IMG/VR virus record: IMGVR_UViG_3300032227_001172
Location: 96,001 to 160,000 of that record
Reading direction: 5' to 3' (one strand)
From: a virus
Lineage: Duplodnaviria; Caudoviricetes
Length of the DNA: 64,000 nt
The translations under genes were made by a program, and so were the position numbers. The notes beneath the pieces were generated by a model. The model was not told where the DNA came from. It did no database searches and was given only the letters and a program-made list of their open reading frames with translations. Positions 36,723 through 46,564 of this stretch are shown piece after piece. Every line of letters begins with the position of its first letter. Position 1 is the stretch's first letter.

Positions 36723-38845
36723 AAGTTAAAGTTTATTTAGAAAGGAAGAGCAACATAATCCAATATTTAATGGTTTAGCTGGGAGGGTTGATATTTTTTG
36801 ACCCACAAGAGCACTCCATGGTACAAAATGTATATCTCCATTCGGACTCAAAACTCCTCCTACATAGCCATTACTCGGAGCGTATGCCAAACTATATGTA
36901 CTTACAACTCCTGCTGGGCTTATTTTTTGACCTCTATTTGCATTCCAAGGTATGAAATGAACATCTCCGTTTGGACTTAAAACTCCTCCTACATAAGCAT
37001 TATTTGTTGTGTATACCAAACTATATGTACTTACAACTCCTGTAATGCTTATTTTTTGACCAATAGGATGTTGAAATGGAACAAAATGTATGTCTCCATT
37101 CACCGACAAAACTCCGCTTTGATACTTCCCTCCACCAAGAGTATAAATTATACTATATGTGCTTACCACTCCCGCACTATTTATTTTTTGTCCAACAGTA
37201 GCGGCATATGGAACAAAATGAATGTCCCCATTTGGAGCTAAAATGCCACCAGCATAAGCACTGCCCACTGTGTATACCAAACTATATGTGCTTACCACTC
37301 CCGCACTATTTATTTTTTGCCCTACTCTTGAGCTATGAGGAACAAAATGAATATCTCCATTCGAGCCAAGGATTCCTCCGTAGTATGAGCCATTGACTGT
37401 GTAAACTAAGCTATAAGTACTCACAACTCCGCTACTATTTATTTTTTGTCCCCTGTCAGCAAAATGTGGCACAAAATGAATGTCTCCGTTAGAATCAAGA
37501 ACTCCTCCAACATAGGCTCCAGTGGCATTAGTGTATACTAAACTATACGTGCTAACCACTCCATTTATGCTAATTTTCTGCCCTCTATTGGCATTTCTAG
37601 GAACAAAATGAATATCTCCGTTAGTTGCTAAAACACCGCCAAAATAACCTCCACCATTGACTGTATAGACAAAACTATACGTACTAACTATCACACTACT
37701 GAAAGTTGTCCCGTTATTCTGAGACTTTTCTAATAGTGTCTTGATTTTATTCCAAGCAACAAGATCGCTATTGATGCTACTATTATCACAAGTTGGGATT
37801 CCTCCCATTGCTTTATTTTGAACTTCCGTTCTCCATGTTGGTGATATGTCATATATTGCCATAGTTTAATATTTGTTTAAGAAAGGTGAACAACAAGTTC
37901 CAATATCGAAAGGAAGGGCTGCTGAGGTAGAGATTTTTTGACCAATGGTAGCATTCGTGCCATTGATAAAAATAATGTCGCCATTTGGTGTCAAAACTCC
38001 TCCGTTGTATGCTTGAGCAGTGAGGGTATATATCAAACTGAAAGTACTAACTACACCAGACATGCTGATTTTTTGTCCCACAGCAGCTTGTCTATTAATG
38101 AAATAAATGTCTCCATTAGGAGCTAAAACTCCTCCATGATAAAGATTGGTTCCCGTATATACTAGGCTGTATGTGCTAACCACTCCATTAATGCTAATTT
38201 TTTGACCCACTGGGGCTTGACTTGGTATGAAATGTATATCGCCATTAGGACTTAAAACACCACCACGATAAGCTGCTGTACCCCCGGCGTATATCAAACT
38301 ATATGTGCTTACCACCCCACTAATACTAATCTTCTGTCCCACAGGGCTAGCCATTGGAACAAAATGTATATCTCCATTAGGAGCTAAAACTCCGCCGTTA
38401 TGAGCTTGGGTAGCAGTTGAGCTATATACCAGACTATATGTGCTCACAACTCCAGCAATACTAATTTTTTGTCCGACAGGAGTAATGCCGGGAATAAAAT
38501 GTATATCGCCATTAGGAGCTAAAACTCCTCCATAAAAAGTAAAGCTAGTACCAGTATAAACTAAACTATAGGTGCTGACCACTCCGGAGCTATTGATCTT
38601 TTGTCCAACGGCAGCTGCTTGAGGAACAAAATGTATGTCTCCATTGGGAGCTAATACGCCTCCAGCATATGCATTTCCTACCGTATAGATTAAACTAAAT
38701 GTGCTCACCACGCCATTTTTATCTATTTTTTGTCCTCTACTAGTACCCGCCGGATTCGGTAAAGAATAAATATCCCCATTCTGTGATAATACTCCTCCAA
38801 TGTAACCCTGAGCAACAGTACTAAGCAAACTATAAGTACTAACTA
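35660..38845. repeat. 21 coding tandem repeats of ~129-135 nt across three genes
   Basis: For example ATAAACTAAACTATAAGTACT at 35751 and 35880 (129-nt period). Confidence 0.9.
36726..37862 (-). CDS. 7-blade beta-propeller repeat protein (paralogue 2)
   Basis: Seven repeats of the same consensus; shared N-terminal DNSSI...LVAW and C-terminal F[LF]NK. Confidence 0.8.
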   Translation of the reverse strand: MAIYDISPTWRTEVQNKAMGGIPTCDNSSINSDLVAWNKIKTLLEKSQNNGTTFSSVIVSTYSFVYTVNGGGYFGGVLATNGDIHFVPRNANRGQKISINGVVSTYSLVYTNATGAYVGGVLDSNGDIHFVPHFADRGQKINSSGVVSTYSLVYTVNGSYYGGILGSNGDIHFVPHSSRVGQKINSAGVVSTYSLVYTVGSAYAGGILAPNGDIHFVPYAATVGQKINSAGVVSTYSIIYTLGGGKYQSGVLSVNGDIHFVPFQHPIGQKISITGVVSTYSLVYTTNNAYVGGVLSPNGDVHFIPWNANRGQKISPAGVVSTYSLAYAPSNGYVGGVLSPNGDIHFVPWSALVGQKISTLPAKPLNIGLCCSSFLNKL

Positions 38846-39020
38846 TAGGATTACTAAAAATGCTTCCAGCAGTAACACTCTTGTTCAAAAGATTTTTAAA
38901 ATCTCTCCATGCAACTAAAGAAGAGTCAATACTATTATTATCGCCCGCTGGCAAAACTCCATTTGCTGCTTCTTGAACATTTTCTGCCCATTTTGGAGAT
39001 ATAAGATTGATATCTGGCAT
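37866..39020 (-). CDS. 7-blade beta-propeller repeat protein (paralogue 1)
   Basis: Seven repeats of the same consensus. Confidence 0.8.
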   Translation of the reverse strand: MPDINLISPKWAENVQEAANGVLPAGDNNSIDSSLVAWRDFKNLLNKSVTAGSIFSNPIVSTYSLLSTVAQGYIGGVLSQNGDIYSLPNPAGTSRGQKIDKNGVVSTFSLIYTVGNAYAGGVLAPNGDIHFVPQAAAVGQKINSSGVVSTYSLVYTGTSFTFYGGVLAPNGDIHFIPGITPVGQKISIAGVVSTYSLVYSSTATQAHNGGVLAPNGDIHFVPMASPVGQKISISGVVSTYSLIYAGGTAAYRGGVLSPNGDIHFIPSQAPVGQKISINGVVSTYSLVYTGTNLYHGGVLAPNGDIYFINRQAAVGQKISMSGVVSTFSLIYTLTAQAYNGGVLTPNGDIIFINGTNATIGQKISTSAALPFDIGTCCSPFLNKY

Positions 39021-39021
39021 A

Positions 39022-40080
39022 CTAGAATCCTATAATTGATACTCTATACTGATTACTTGTTGGAGCAGAGACGAATTCGATTAATACAGAATTGCTATCT
39101 ACATATTTAATATCAGGATAAACATAGTAGTTAGTTGCTGTCTCTCTTACAGAAACATGAACGTCATTGGTAGCTCCAAGATTATGAGTAACTGTAAAAG
39201 ATGTTGCTGATCCATTTCCAATTAGTATGGAATAAGCATCTAGATTCACAGTATATTCACTACCAACAGAAGTAACAAAAATACCGGATCCTGCTACAAC
39301 ACTACTATTGCCTCCTCCTGTAGAATTAATAGTAAAAGATCCAGAACTAGAAGAGACAATCATTCCGGTTCCAGCCACAATGTTAGTTACTGGTAATAGT
39401 CCACTTACCGAGCTATTAAAATTCGTTATGTCAGATGATGTATGATTGTGTCCACTAATGCTTACTTCAGTACCATTAACTTGTAAACTACTAGTAAAAT
39501 TACCACTAGTAGCTCTCATGTCTCCAACCACATGAAGTTTACTAGTTGGTACGACTGTTCCAATACCAACATTTCCTGAAGATGTTATTCGTAATCTTTC
39601 TGAGCCCCCAACACCAAAAGATGTAGAAGCAGAGGAGTCTGTTTCGTTATTATTAATAATAAATGTTCCATTTTTGTATTTAGCAATATCTACTGAAATA
39701 TTACCAGTACCAGAAACATTAGTTGTGATTAATCTTAATATGCTTCCAGCACCAAGAGAATTATTTAAATTATTAATATCTAAATATCTTAAACTATTAA
39801 TATTTTGTCCACCTACAGCAGCATTACCATTGCTATCAATTTTAAATCTATCATATCCAGAGCTGGCTATGCTAATAGAACCACTACTAGGAAAATAAAT
39901 GCCTGTACTCAAATCTCCAGAAGAAGATATAGATGGAGACGAAACGGATCCTGGAGACAAACTATTTAATGATGTATGGGTATGTCCAATTATACTGACT
40001 CCCGTTCCATTTAGCTGTAGAGTGTTTATGAAATTACCACTATCAGCTATAATATTATTAATTTCTAATTGTGTGGCCAT
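39022..40080 (-). CDS. Fibre protein
   Basis: ERLRITSSGNVGIGT and PSIS..GD..TGIYFP fibre motifs, two HxH motifs, C-terminal SFTVTHNLG domain. Confidence 0.75.
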   Translation of the reverse strand: MATQLEINNIIADSGNFINTLQLNGTGVSIIGHTHTSLNSLSPGSVSSPSISSSGDLSTGIYFPSSGSISIASSGYDRFKIDSNGNAAVGGQNINSLRYLDINNLNNSLGAGSILRLITTNVSGTGNISVDIAKYKNGTFIINNNETDSSASTSFGVGGSERLRITSSGNVGIGTVVPTSKLHVVGDMRATSGNFTSSLQVNGTEVSISGHNHTSSDITNFNSSVSGLLPVTNIVAGTGMIVSSSSGSFTINSTGGGNSSVVAGSGIFVTSVGSEYTVNLDAYSILIGNGSATSFTVTHNLGATNDVHVSVRETATNYYVYPDIKYVDSNSVLIEFVSAPTSNQYRVSIIGF

Positions 40081-40091
40081 AATAATTGATT

Positions 40092-42287
40092 CTAGGGGAT
40101 AAAGTTAGATTCTAAACTTAGGATATTTAATTCGGAATAGGGATCGGCTCCTCCAACCTCTAATAAATCAACTTTAGCTAACCAATTAATGTTATAATCA
40201 TTGGAACCAGATGCTTCTAATAATAAATAGTCTGTTAATCCAGAACCACCTCCACTAATAGAAGTTCTTATATCCCACGATGAATCAGTTTCTCCCAAAA
40301 TAGTTTTAATTGGAGTTCCAACTATAGAACATCCATAACCATCATTGAATAATAAGCCCTCTAACTTATAAGCAGCATTAGCATTCGCATTAATTGCTCT
40401 AGCAACTACATTTACACTAAAACTAAATGTTCTATTAGAAGCTAATAAAATTGCATTGTTATTATTATTTTTAAAAGGAGACCAAGAACTATTTGTGGTA
40501 TAATTTCTGAGTATATACTGACTATATTGAGCATCTCCGGCGGTATTGAAATATCCTTCTGAACGAACGTGTTGTCCGCTTTGATATATCCATCCATTTG
40601 ATCCTATAATTGTTCCTGTTGGAGTTGTTTGAAAAGAAACTCCGCTAATACTATAACTATTTAAATCTAAATTTCCTCCCAATTGAGGAGTTGCATCTTC
40701 AACAATATTAGAAATACCGCCTCCTCCAGCAGATGTAGCATTAATAGTAAACGCTCCATCTGAAGAAGATAGAATTATGCCAGTTCCAGCTATTAAATTT
40801 TTAACTGGTAAAAGACCACTAACACCACTATTAAAACCTATAATATCTGATACAACATGGTTATGTCCGCTAATACTAACGCCCGTATTATTTACGGTTA
40901 GATTTGTAAAATTTCCACTAGTAGAATTTATTAGCCCATTAGACGTAAGTCCATTAACAAAATTATGAATTGCATTAACTGTTCGATTATTATCCACATG
41001 TAAGTATTGAGAGTGATCATCATCACCTAACCCGAACAAACTTCCGTGATCATTCTGAGCAACTCCTGCGATAGTACTAATTACAGCTACTCGTATATCA
41101 AGAATACTCATTAGCCTACATTTAGGAACGTTTGTATAGCTGTTGCTATCAGCAGCAAATATTAGTCGATAAAGAGGTTTAACTTCACTTAATGGAAGAT
41201 TAGTAAGATTAACATCAGCCCAAGAGTTATTATTCTCAGCAGCCCCCTCGTTGCCATCAACTCTTTGACCCATAATACTAATTATAGGATCATCAATCTG
41301 ATTAGTTGCAAGAATCCACGCTGCGAAATATCTTGTTTGTCCACCGGGACTAACATCTGGGATTGTCCAAGTTCCACCGCTTAACAAGTTATATTGTGGG
41401 CCATTAGCACCATATTTAACAGGATAGTCTGTGGCGGTATTCTTAACCCACTGACCAGTAGTTCCTTGGTGATAATAAACGGGAATTTGAGCAATCGGAC
41501 TTAACTCTTGACAGAACGGATCAGCACTAGAACTATCAGTAATATTTATCTCAATATCTTCTTGATAAAGAGTACCATTACCAATTGATATGGTTGCATG
41601 ACTATTGCTAGACCCATTTCCACCTAGAACATAATTACTAATACTCAAACCATCAACATATTGTGCGCCAAAAGTATTATGAATCCACTTGTGAGTACTA
41701 GTATCCATGACAATACCGTGACGTTCTTCAGCAAAAAAAGTCATCTGTCCACTAGGATTTATTCCACCATTCCATGCTATGTAAGCTATTGGAATATCAG
41801 TATTAAAATCAAATGGTGTTGTCTTACTATCTAATAAATTGGTATTGGTATTAAAATGGATATAATTTATCTGAGTTAATCCAGAAGGTATAGTAATAGT
41901 TTCTGGTGATGTTTTTGTTACTTTGATACCTTTATTATAAATGCTATAAGATGATCCAGTTGGTTCAATTTTGAAAATATTGCCACTAACACTAATTCTA
42001 CTATCAGTTCTATTAACAAATCCTTGAGGTTGTTGGCTGTCAACGTGAACTAAGTTTGTAGAAGCAATGGTATAAATACCACTATTATTAGTTATAGATA
42101 TGTCATATCCAGCTGCTATATTCTGATTGACTCCACTAAGCTGTGTCCAAACCGAAATACCATCTCCTATTTTAAAGATTTTATTAGTTAAATCATATCC
42201 TGGCTCACCACTAGCTAAAATGGGATTGGCCGATATCCATTGAGATGCTGTTCCTTTGCGAAATGTAATAAGATCATTTACGGCCAT
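40092..42287 (-). CDS. Fibre protein with Mtd-N-like N-terminus
   Basis: ITFRKGT..QW..ANPILASGEPGYD, DDDHSQY, GHNH and DATPQLGGNLD motifs. Confidence 0.75.
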   Translation of the reverse strand: MAVNDLITFRKGTASQWISANPILASGEPGYDLTNKIFKIGDGISVWTQLSGVNQNIAAGYDISITNNSGIYTIASTNLVHVDSQQPQGFVNRTDSRISVSGNIFKIEPTGSSYSIYNKGIKVTKTSPETITIPSGLTQINYIHFNTNTNLLDSKTTPFDFNTDIPIAYIAWNGGINPSGQMTFFAEERHGIVMDTSTHKWIHNTFGAQYVDGLSISNYVLGGNGSSNSHATISIGNGTLYQEDIEINITDSSSADPFCQELSPIAQIPVYYHQGTTGQWVKNTATDYPVKYGANGPQYNLLSGGTWTIPDVSPGGQTRYFAAWILATNQIDDPIISIMGQRVDGNEGAAENNNSWADVNLTNLPLSEVKPLYRLIFAADSNSYTNVPKCRLMSILDIRVAVISTIAGVAQNDHGSLFGLGDDDHSQYLHVDNNRTVNAIHNFVNGLTSNGLINSTSGNFTNLTVNNTGVSISGHNHVVSDIIGFNSGVSGLLPVKNLIAGTGIILSSSDGAFTINATSAGGGGISNIVEDATPQLGGNLDLNSYSISGVSFQTTPTGTIIGSNGWIYQSGQHVRSEGYFNTAGDAQYSQYILRNYTTNSSWSPFKNNNNNAILLASNRTFSFSVNVVARAINANANAAYKLEGLLFNDGYGCSIVGTPIKTILGETDSSWDIRTSISGGGSGLTDYLLLEASGSNDYNINWLAKVDLLEVGGADPYSELNILSLESNFIP

Positions 42288-42329
42288 CTGGGTATATAGT
42301 CCTATTTTTATGAATACTATACGGTATAA

Positions 42330-42345
42330 TAATAATTAATACACC
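42330..42345 (-). promoter_or_regulatory. Candidate late promoter GGTGTATTAATTATTA
   Basis: 16-mer identical to 49768..49783, ~45 nt upstream of 42287. Confidence 0.65.
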
Positions 42346-42381
42346 CATAAGCAAGATAGTTGATGGGGTAATATTGACCTA

Positions 42382-43248
42382 TTAATGATTAAATATCTTA
42401 TTTTTGGCTCTTTCTAATATATTATCCAAACTATCTTGAGGGATCCTACCCTTAAAATGATTGTATGTATCAACTATCATGTGATGATTTGGATCTCTTG
42501 TTATTTCCAGCCATCCGACAAAATAATTCCATATTCTATCTTCTAATATTAGTGGATATTTAACTCCGTTAGGACGACCGAATCGATGAACCCATTTTAG
42601 TTGAGGAATACAAATATTCTTTCCTCCGTTTCTCCTAAACTTCTCGGCTAGATATCCTTCTTCGGCACCAAAGCCTTTAAAGTACTGACATATTCCGGGC
42701 CAGTTTTTCTTTTCAAATGAACATAGTCCCATACCTTGCATCTTGATTTCAAAAGGCTCATTCTTGGATAAGGCTTCATTATTATTCCACCATATCCCAT
42801 ACATATCGCCTCTCCATTCATCCTTAAACTCTGACGAACAATTTTTTAAATCATCGTAGAGTAATGGACCCTGAATTAAATCTTTGCAATCTGGATGGTC
42901 TTTATAGTAGGTTAATAAGGACTCTATAGCATTGTCTACTAATAATATATGACAATCTAAAATTAGTATATATTGACCGTTAGCATAATCCACCATCTTA
43001 TACTTATTAAAAGAGCTTGGTTTTTCTTTAAGAGGAAAGTATTTAGCAACATCTGAGGCCCAACCATTTATAAACTTAGCTGTTTCTTGACCATGAACAC
43101 TGTCTGGATTATTGTCTAAAACTATTATTTCTATATCATTATTTTTTAAGATTGAATGATATGCTCTTAGACTTTGAACTGTAAAATAAACACCATCAAA
43201 ATCATCATAAGTTGCCATACCAATCGTGAGTAGTTTATTTATAGACAT
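42382..43248 (-). CDS. Glycosyltransferase family 2-like
   Basis: LTIGMATY, EIIVLDNN, ILDCH, GFGAEE and WVHRF motifs. Confidence 0.8.
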   Translation of the reverse strand: MSINKLLTIGMATYDDFDGVYFTVQSLRAYHSILKNNDIEIIVLDNNPDSVHGQETAKFINGWASDVAKYFPLKEKPSSFNKYKMVDYANGQYILILDCHILLVDNAIESLLTYYKDHPDCKDLIQGPLLYDDLKNCSSEFKDEWRGDMYGIWWNNNEALSKNEPFEIKMQGMGLCSFEKKNWPGICQYFKGFGAEEGYLAEKFRRNGGKNICIPQLKWVHRFGRPNGVKYPLILEDRIWNYFVGWLEITRDPNHHMIVDTYNHFKGRIPQDSLDNILERAKNKIFNH

Positions 43249-43250
43249 TA

Positions 43251-43373
43251 TTAATTTATTTGGTTATTCCAGCTGTCTTTATTAACAACAAATTCAAACA
43301 TAAATAGTGTTCGTGGACTATCTTCGCGACAAACCTCAACGCTATGATAGAGTTCTGTGACTAAATAACACAT
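43251..43373 (-). CDS. Small 40-aa ORF (not in ORF track), possibly a gene remnant
   Basis: MCYLVTELYHSVEVCREDSPRTLFMFEFVVNKDSWNNQIN*. AAGGGA RBS; fills the intergenic gap; stop is 2 nt before the next ATG. Confidence 0.4.
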   Translation of the reverse strand: MCYLVTELYHSVEVCREDSPRTLFMFEFVVNKDSWNNQIN

Positions 43374-43385
43374 TATATTTCCCTT

Positions 43386-43396
43386 TACTATACACT
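43386..43396 (-). promoter_or_regulatory. Candidate late promoter AGTGTATAGTA
   Basis: Variant of the recurring motif, intergenic. Confidence 0.45.
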
Positions 43397-43441
43397 TAAT
43401 TATATGGTTGATTAATAATCGCACAAGATAAAGTTAAATAT

Positions 43442-44296
43442 TTATTTATTCTTTATTTTAAGTTCTAATATGTAATCTTCTAAATTATGTTTTGGCTCCC
43501 AATTTAGAATATTTTTTGCTAGAGAATAGTCACATAAAGTATAATTCATTTCTCCCTTTTGGTTTGGCTCAAAGACAAACTCTTTTTGCTCAAACATTTC
43601 TAATACTTCCATAACACTATAGTTTTTGCCTCTGCCTAGCTCAAAAATATGTCCAAATGCATTTTTGTCCATGATTCTTATCAAACCGTCCACAATATCT
43701 TCAACATGCGTAAAATCTCTTCTCTTAGATCCATCGCCATAAATAATGAATTTTTCTTCTTTTTTTAAGCAACATTTCCATTTTCCAATTAAAGTACCAT
43801 TATCATCCATTGACTCTGCTGGACCATATACGTTGTAAAATCTAGCAATTGAGGACTTAAGATTAAAGTGCTTATTGTATAAATGAATAATATCTTCACC
43901 CATGCCTTTAGTACAGGTGTATGGATTTGATAATTTTCCAGAGTGCTGGGAGCTAGAACCTGCATATATTAATGGAATATTTTGAGAACAGCAATACTCA
44001 ACAACGTTCATCGTCCCAACGACATTGTTGTTAAAATAAATTCTTGGATTATGGAAAGATTTTTGTATACGTGCGCTAGCCGCTAAATGAAATATTGTAG
44101 ATATATTAGGCAAATTTAAATTCGTTAGTTTATTAGTAATATCATAATCTATATATTTGCAATTCTCTACATGATTATATTTTGAACCAGTAGAATAATT
44201 ATCTATACTAATTACGCTGTGTTTTTGCTCAATAAGCTTTTTAATAAGGTTGCTGCCAATAAAACCGCAACCTCCAGTTACTAAAATAGTATTCAT
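43442..44296 (-). CDS. NAD-dependent nucleotide-sugar epimerase/dehydratase (extended SDR)
   Basis: TGGCGFIG, YTCTK (YxxxK), RFYNVYGP and RDFTHV motifs. Confidence 0.9.
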   Translation of the reverse strand: MNTILVTGGCGFIGSNLIKKLIEQKHSVISIDNYSTGSKYNHVENCKYIDYDITNKLTNLNLPNISTIFHLAASARIQKSFHNPRIYFNNNVVGTMNVVEYCCSQNIPLIYAGSSSQHSGKLSNPYTCTKGMGEDIIHLYNKHFNLKSSIARFYNVYGPAESMDDNGTLIGKWKCCLKKEEKFIIYGDGSKRRDFTHVEDIVDGLIRIMDKNAFGHIFELGRGKNYSVMEVLEMFEQKEFVFEPNQKGEMNYTLCDYSLAKNILNWEPKHNLEDYILELKIKNK

Positions 44297-45087
44297 TTTA
44301 TTTTTTTGATAAATTTCTTTGGGTTAATTGGACAAGCCCCACAAACAAACTCATCTTCCTTATTAACAAATTCTTCTATAGATTCATAAGAGTCATAGGC
44401 ATTTGCAGGAATATAATTGAGATATTTTTTAAAAGAGTCATCCATTTTATCTACTACGTCTTGCATATATGCCGTTAGTGGGCATTTATATAGCTTGCTT
44501 TTGTAAATTTGTTTACATTGTTGATCTCTACAATTTTCCCAACTATTTCTTTGATTGTTATCTTCAAATGGATAAATTTTGTTATCTATTAATCTATAGG
44601 GCCAAGTCCAATTTGATATACAGTCGTGAATTGAATACTTGATATTATATTTTTTTTGCCAATATTCTAGTTTTAATCTTGATTCGGCAATTTTTCCCAT
44701 ATGTGAAGAATCTAGAGAATGTAGAGATACTGATATTCTGATATTTTTTTTCAAACAAGACAATTTTTGAGCAAAATCATCTGAAAAATTACTTATAAGC
44801 AACCCATTAGTACAAATATTAATTTTGGATAACGGGAACAAAGTGCTAATATTAACAATTACATCGTCTAAATTTTTATTAATGAATGGTTCGCCGCCTA
44901 AGATTCTGAAAACTGCCGGATTTAATATTTTACCCCATTCAAATAAATTATCGTTTATTTCTTCTAAACTGAGAATGTGTTTTGTAGATTTTAAGTTAGT
45001 GAAGTGATTACATCCTTCACATTTTATGTTACATTGTCTTACAACTTCAAAACTTAAACTTGGTAGATCAATTAGATCGTAGCTCAT
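44293..45087 (-). CDS. Radical SAM protein
   Basis: CNIKCEGC (CxxxCxxC), LGGEP, TNG, and C-terminal Cys cluster. Confidence 0.85.
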   Translation of the reverse strand: MSYDLIDLPSLSFEVVRQCNIKCEGCNHFTNLKSTKHILSLEEINDNLFEWGKILNPAVFRILGGEPFINKNLDDVIVNISTLFPLSKINICTNGLLISNFSDDFAQKLSCLKKNIRISVSLHSLDSSHMGKIAESRLKLEYWQKKYNIKYSIHDCISNWTWPYRLIDNKIYPFEDNNQRNSWENCRDQQCKQIYKSKLYKCPLTAYMQDVVDKMDDSFKKYLNYIPANAYDSYESIEEFVNKEDEFVCGACPINPKKFIKKIK

Positions 45088-45758
45088 TTATTTAAATCCT
45101 TTATTAAGTTTTTATATTTCAATTGTTGATTTACCGTTGATAAGCATGGAACATGAATAAAAAAAGAAGATATATCATTTAATTTTAAGTTAGTATTTTT
45201 ATTTAACGTTATTCCAAAGACATGATCAATATCTAATATTATGTTTTGTGACTTATTATGTGTTAGAAAATTACCTATCACTCTTTGATCGCTACGTAAA
45301 TTATCTTGATTATAAAAACCTATATGTTTTATTATACTTTCTAGCATCTTTAAGTACTCATTTTTTATAGATACACTAATTCCACTATTTAAATAGTTTG
45401 ATCCATAGATTGACTCAAAGTATTCCTTAGAGTTGCTAGAGTGGTGAACGCAGGTATTTTCTGAACTAAATATTATATCAGTATTATAACTATTGAATGT
45501 ATTTAAAACATCATTTATACATCCTATTTTATTGTTAAAAACAACATCGTGAGCGTCCACAATACAAATAATATCATTATCATTGATATTTGAATTTATT
45601 AGATAATCATGAACTTTATAGATTTTTGACAAATTGCCAATTTGAGGATCATATGTTTGTAGGACTGTTAAATTATGTAGCTTAAGAGACTTCTTAAGGA
45701 AATATATGTTCTTGTGTTCGACTGAGTTGGTGACAGTGATTACATGTATATTTTTCAT
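45084..45758 (-). CDS. PLOD/LH3 glycosyltransferase-domain-like protein
   Basis: IICIVDAHDVVF, IIFSSENTC, YLNSG and DQ motifs. Confidence 0.7.
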   Translation of the reverse strand: MKNIHVITVTNSVEHKNIYFLKKSLKLHNLTVLQTYDPQIGNLSKIYKVHDYLINSNINDNDIICIVDAHDVVFNNKIGCINDVLNTFNSYNTDIIFSSENTCVHHSSNSKEYFESIYGSNYLNSGISVSIKNEYLKMLESIIKHIGFYNQDNLRSDQRVIGNFLTHNKSQNIILDIDHVFGITLNKNTNLKLNDISSFFIHVPCLSTVNQQLKYKNLIKDLNK

Positions 45759-46564
45759 AATAATGCTTTTATTTTTGAAGCATACTTGTTTTTAAGATTT
45801 TCATCTAAGTAATTTTGATTACTAAAATACTCAAAAAAGTCATTGGAATATTTACTTGAGCCGCTAATTCTTTGTCTGCCCGTTTTAAATTCCCAATCAT
45901 TTTTACTCTTCGTAAAATAATGATGAATACAAATATTATCAGTTGTTCTTTTTAGTTTATGTTTTTGAAACAAAGACCCATCCTGTGTGATGATTTTTTT
46001 TGAACAAACTATGTCATGAATAGTTCTAATGTGTTGGATAGTATTTTTATTTAGTAAGATTTTTACTTCTGCAAATAAATCTACTGGTTTTAAAAATAGT
46101 AGTGAGGTTTTGCTTAAATGTATATTGTCGTAATTTCTATGCACATAATTTTCAATAACTAATCCTTTTGGTGAAATTATATGTCCACAAGATCCAAAAA
46201 TATTTTGATATATTGCAATCCCACCTATATCTTTATAATTTGCTAAAAAATCATTAATATAGTGATTGTTGTTTAAGTATAAAAATTCATCTATATCTAG
46301 GTATATCAAATACTCTGTATCACATAATTCTATAGCTTGTCTTAAAATATTATTTTGAAAATGAATACCTATGCTGTTTTCTTCTTCAATTTTTATTATT
46401 TGTATCTGGTCTTTAAAGCTTAAATTTTTTATTACTTCATATGAATTGTCGGTATTCTTGTGCAAGAACACTATAAAATTTTCTATTCCTATCAAATGAT
46501 AATAAGCTAACCATTCTGTGATATACTTTTCTTCATTTCTAATTGTTGTCAATAATGTCAGCAT
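45755..46564 (-). CDS. GT-A glycosyltransferase (GT92/GT2-like)
   Basis: RNEEKYITEWLAYY, DIDEF and HHYFTKS motifs. Start moved to 46564 (AAGGA RBS). Confidence 0.8.
   Translation of the reverse strand: MLTLLTTIRNEEKYITEWLAYYHLIGIENFIVFLHKNTDNSYEVIKNLSFKDQIQIIKIEEENSIGIHFQNNILRQAIELCDTEYLIYLDIDEFLYLNNNHYINDFLANYKDIGGIAIYQNIFGSCGHIISPKGLVIENYVHRNYDNIHLSKTSLLFLKPVDLFAEVKILLNKNTIQHIRTIHDIVCSKKIITQDGSLFQKHKLKRTTDNICIHHYFTKSKNDWEFKTGRQRISGSSKYSNDFFEYFSNQNYLDENLKNKYASKIKALL

Noticed and set aside
35660-38845. Possible CRISPR array or DGR template/variable repeats
   Set aside because: The repeats are in-frame coding units of ~129 nt with synonymous variation and indels. Differences are not adenine-specific, and there is no cas or reverse transcriptase gene in the window.
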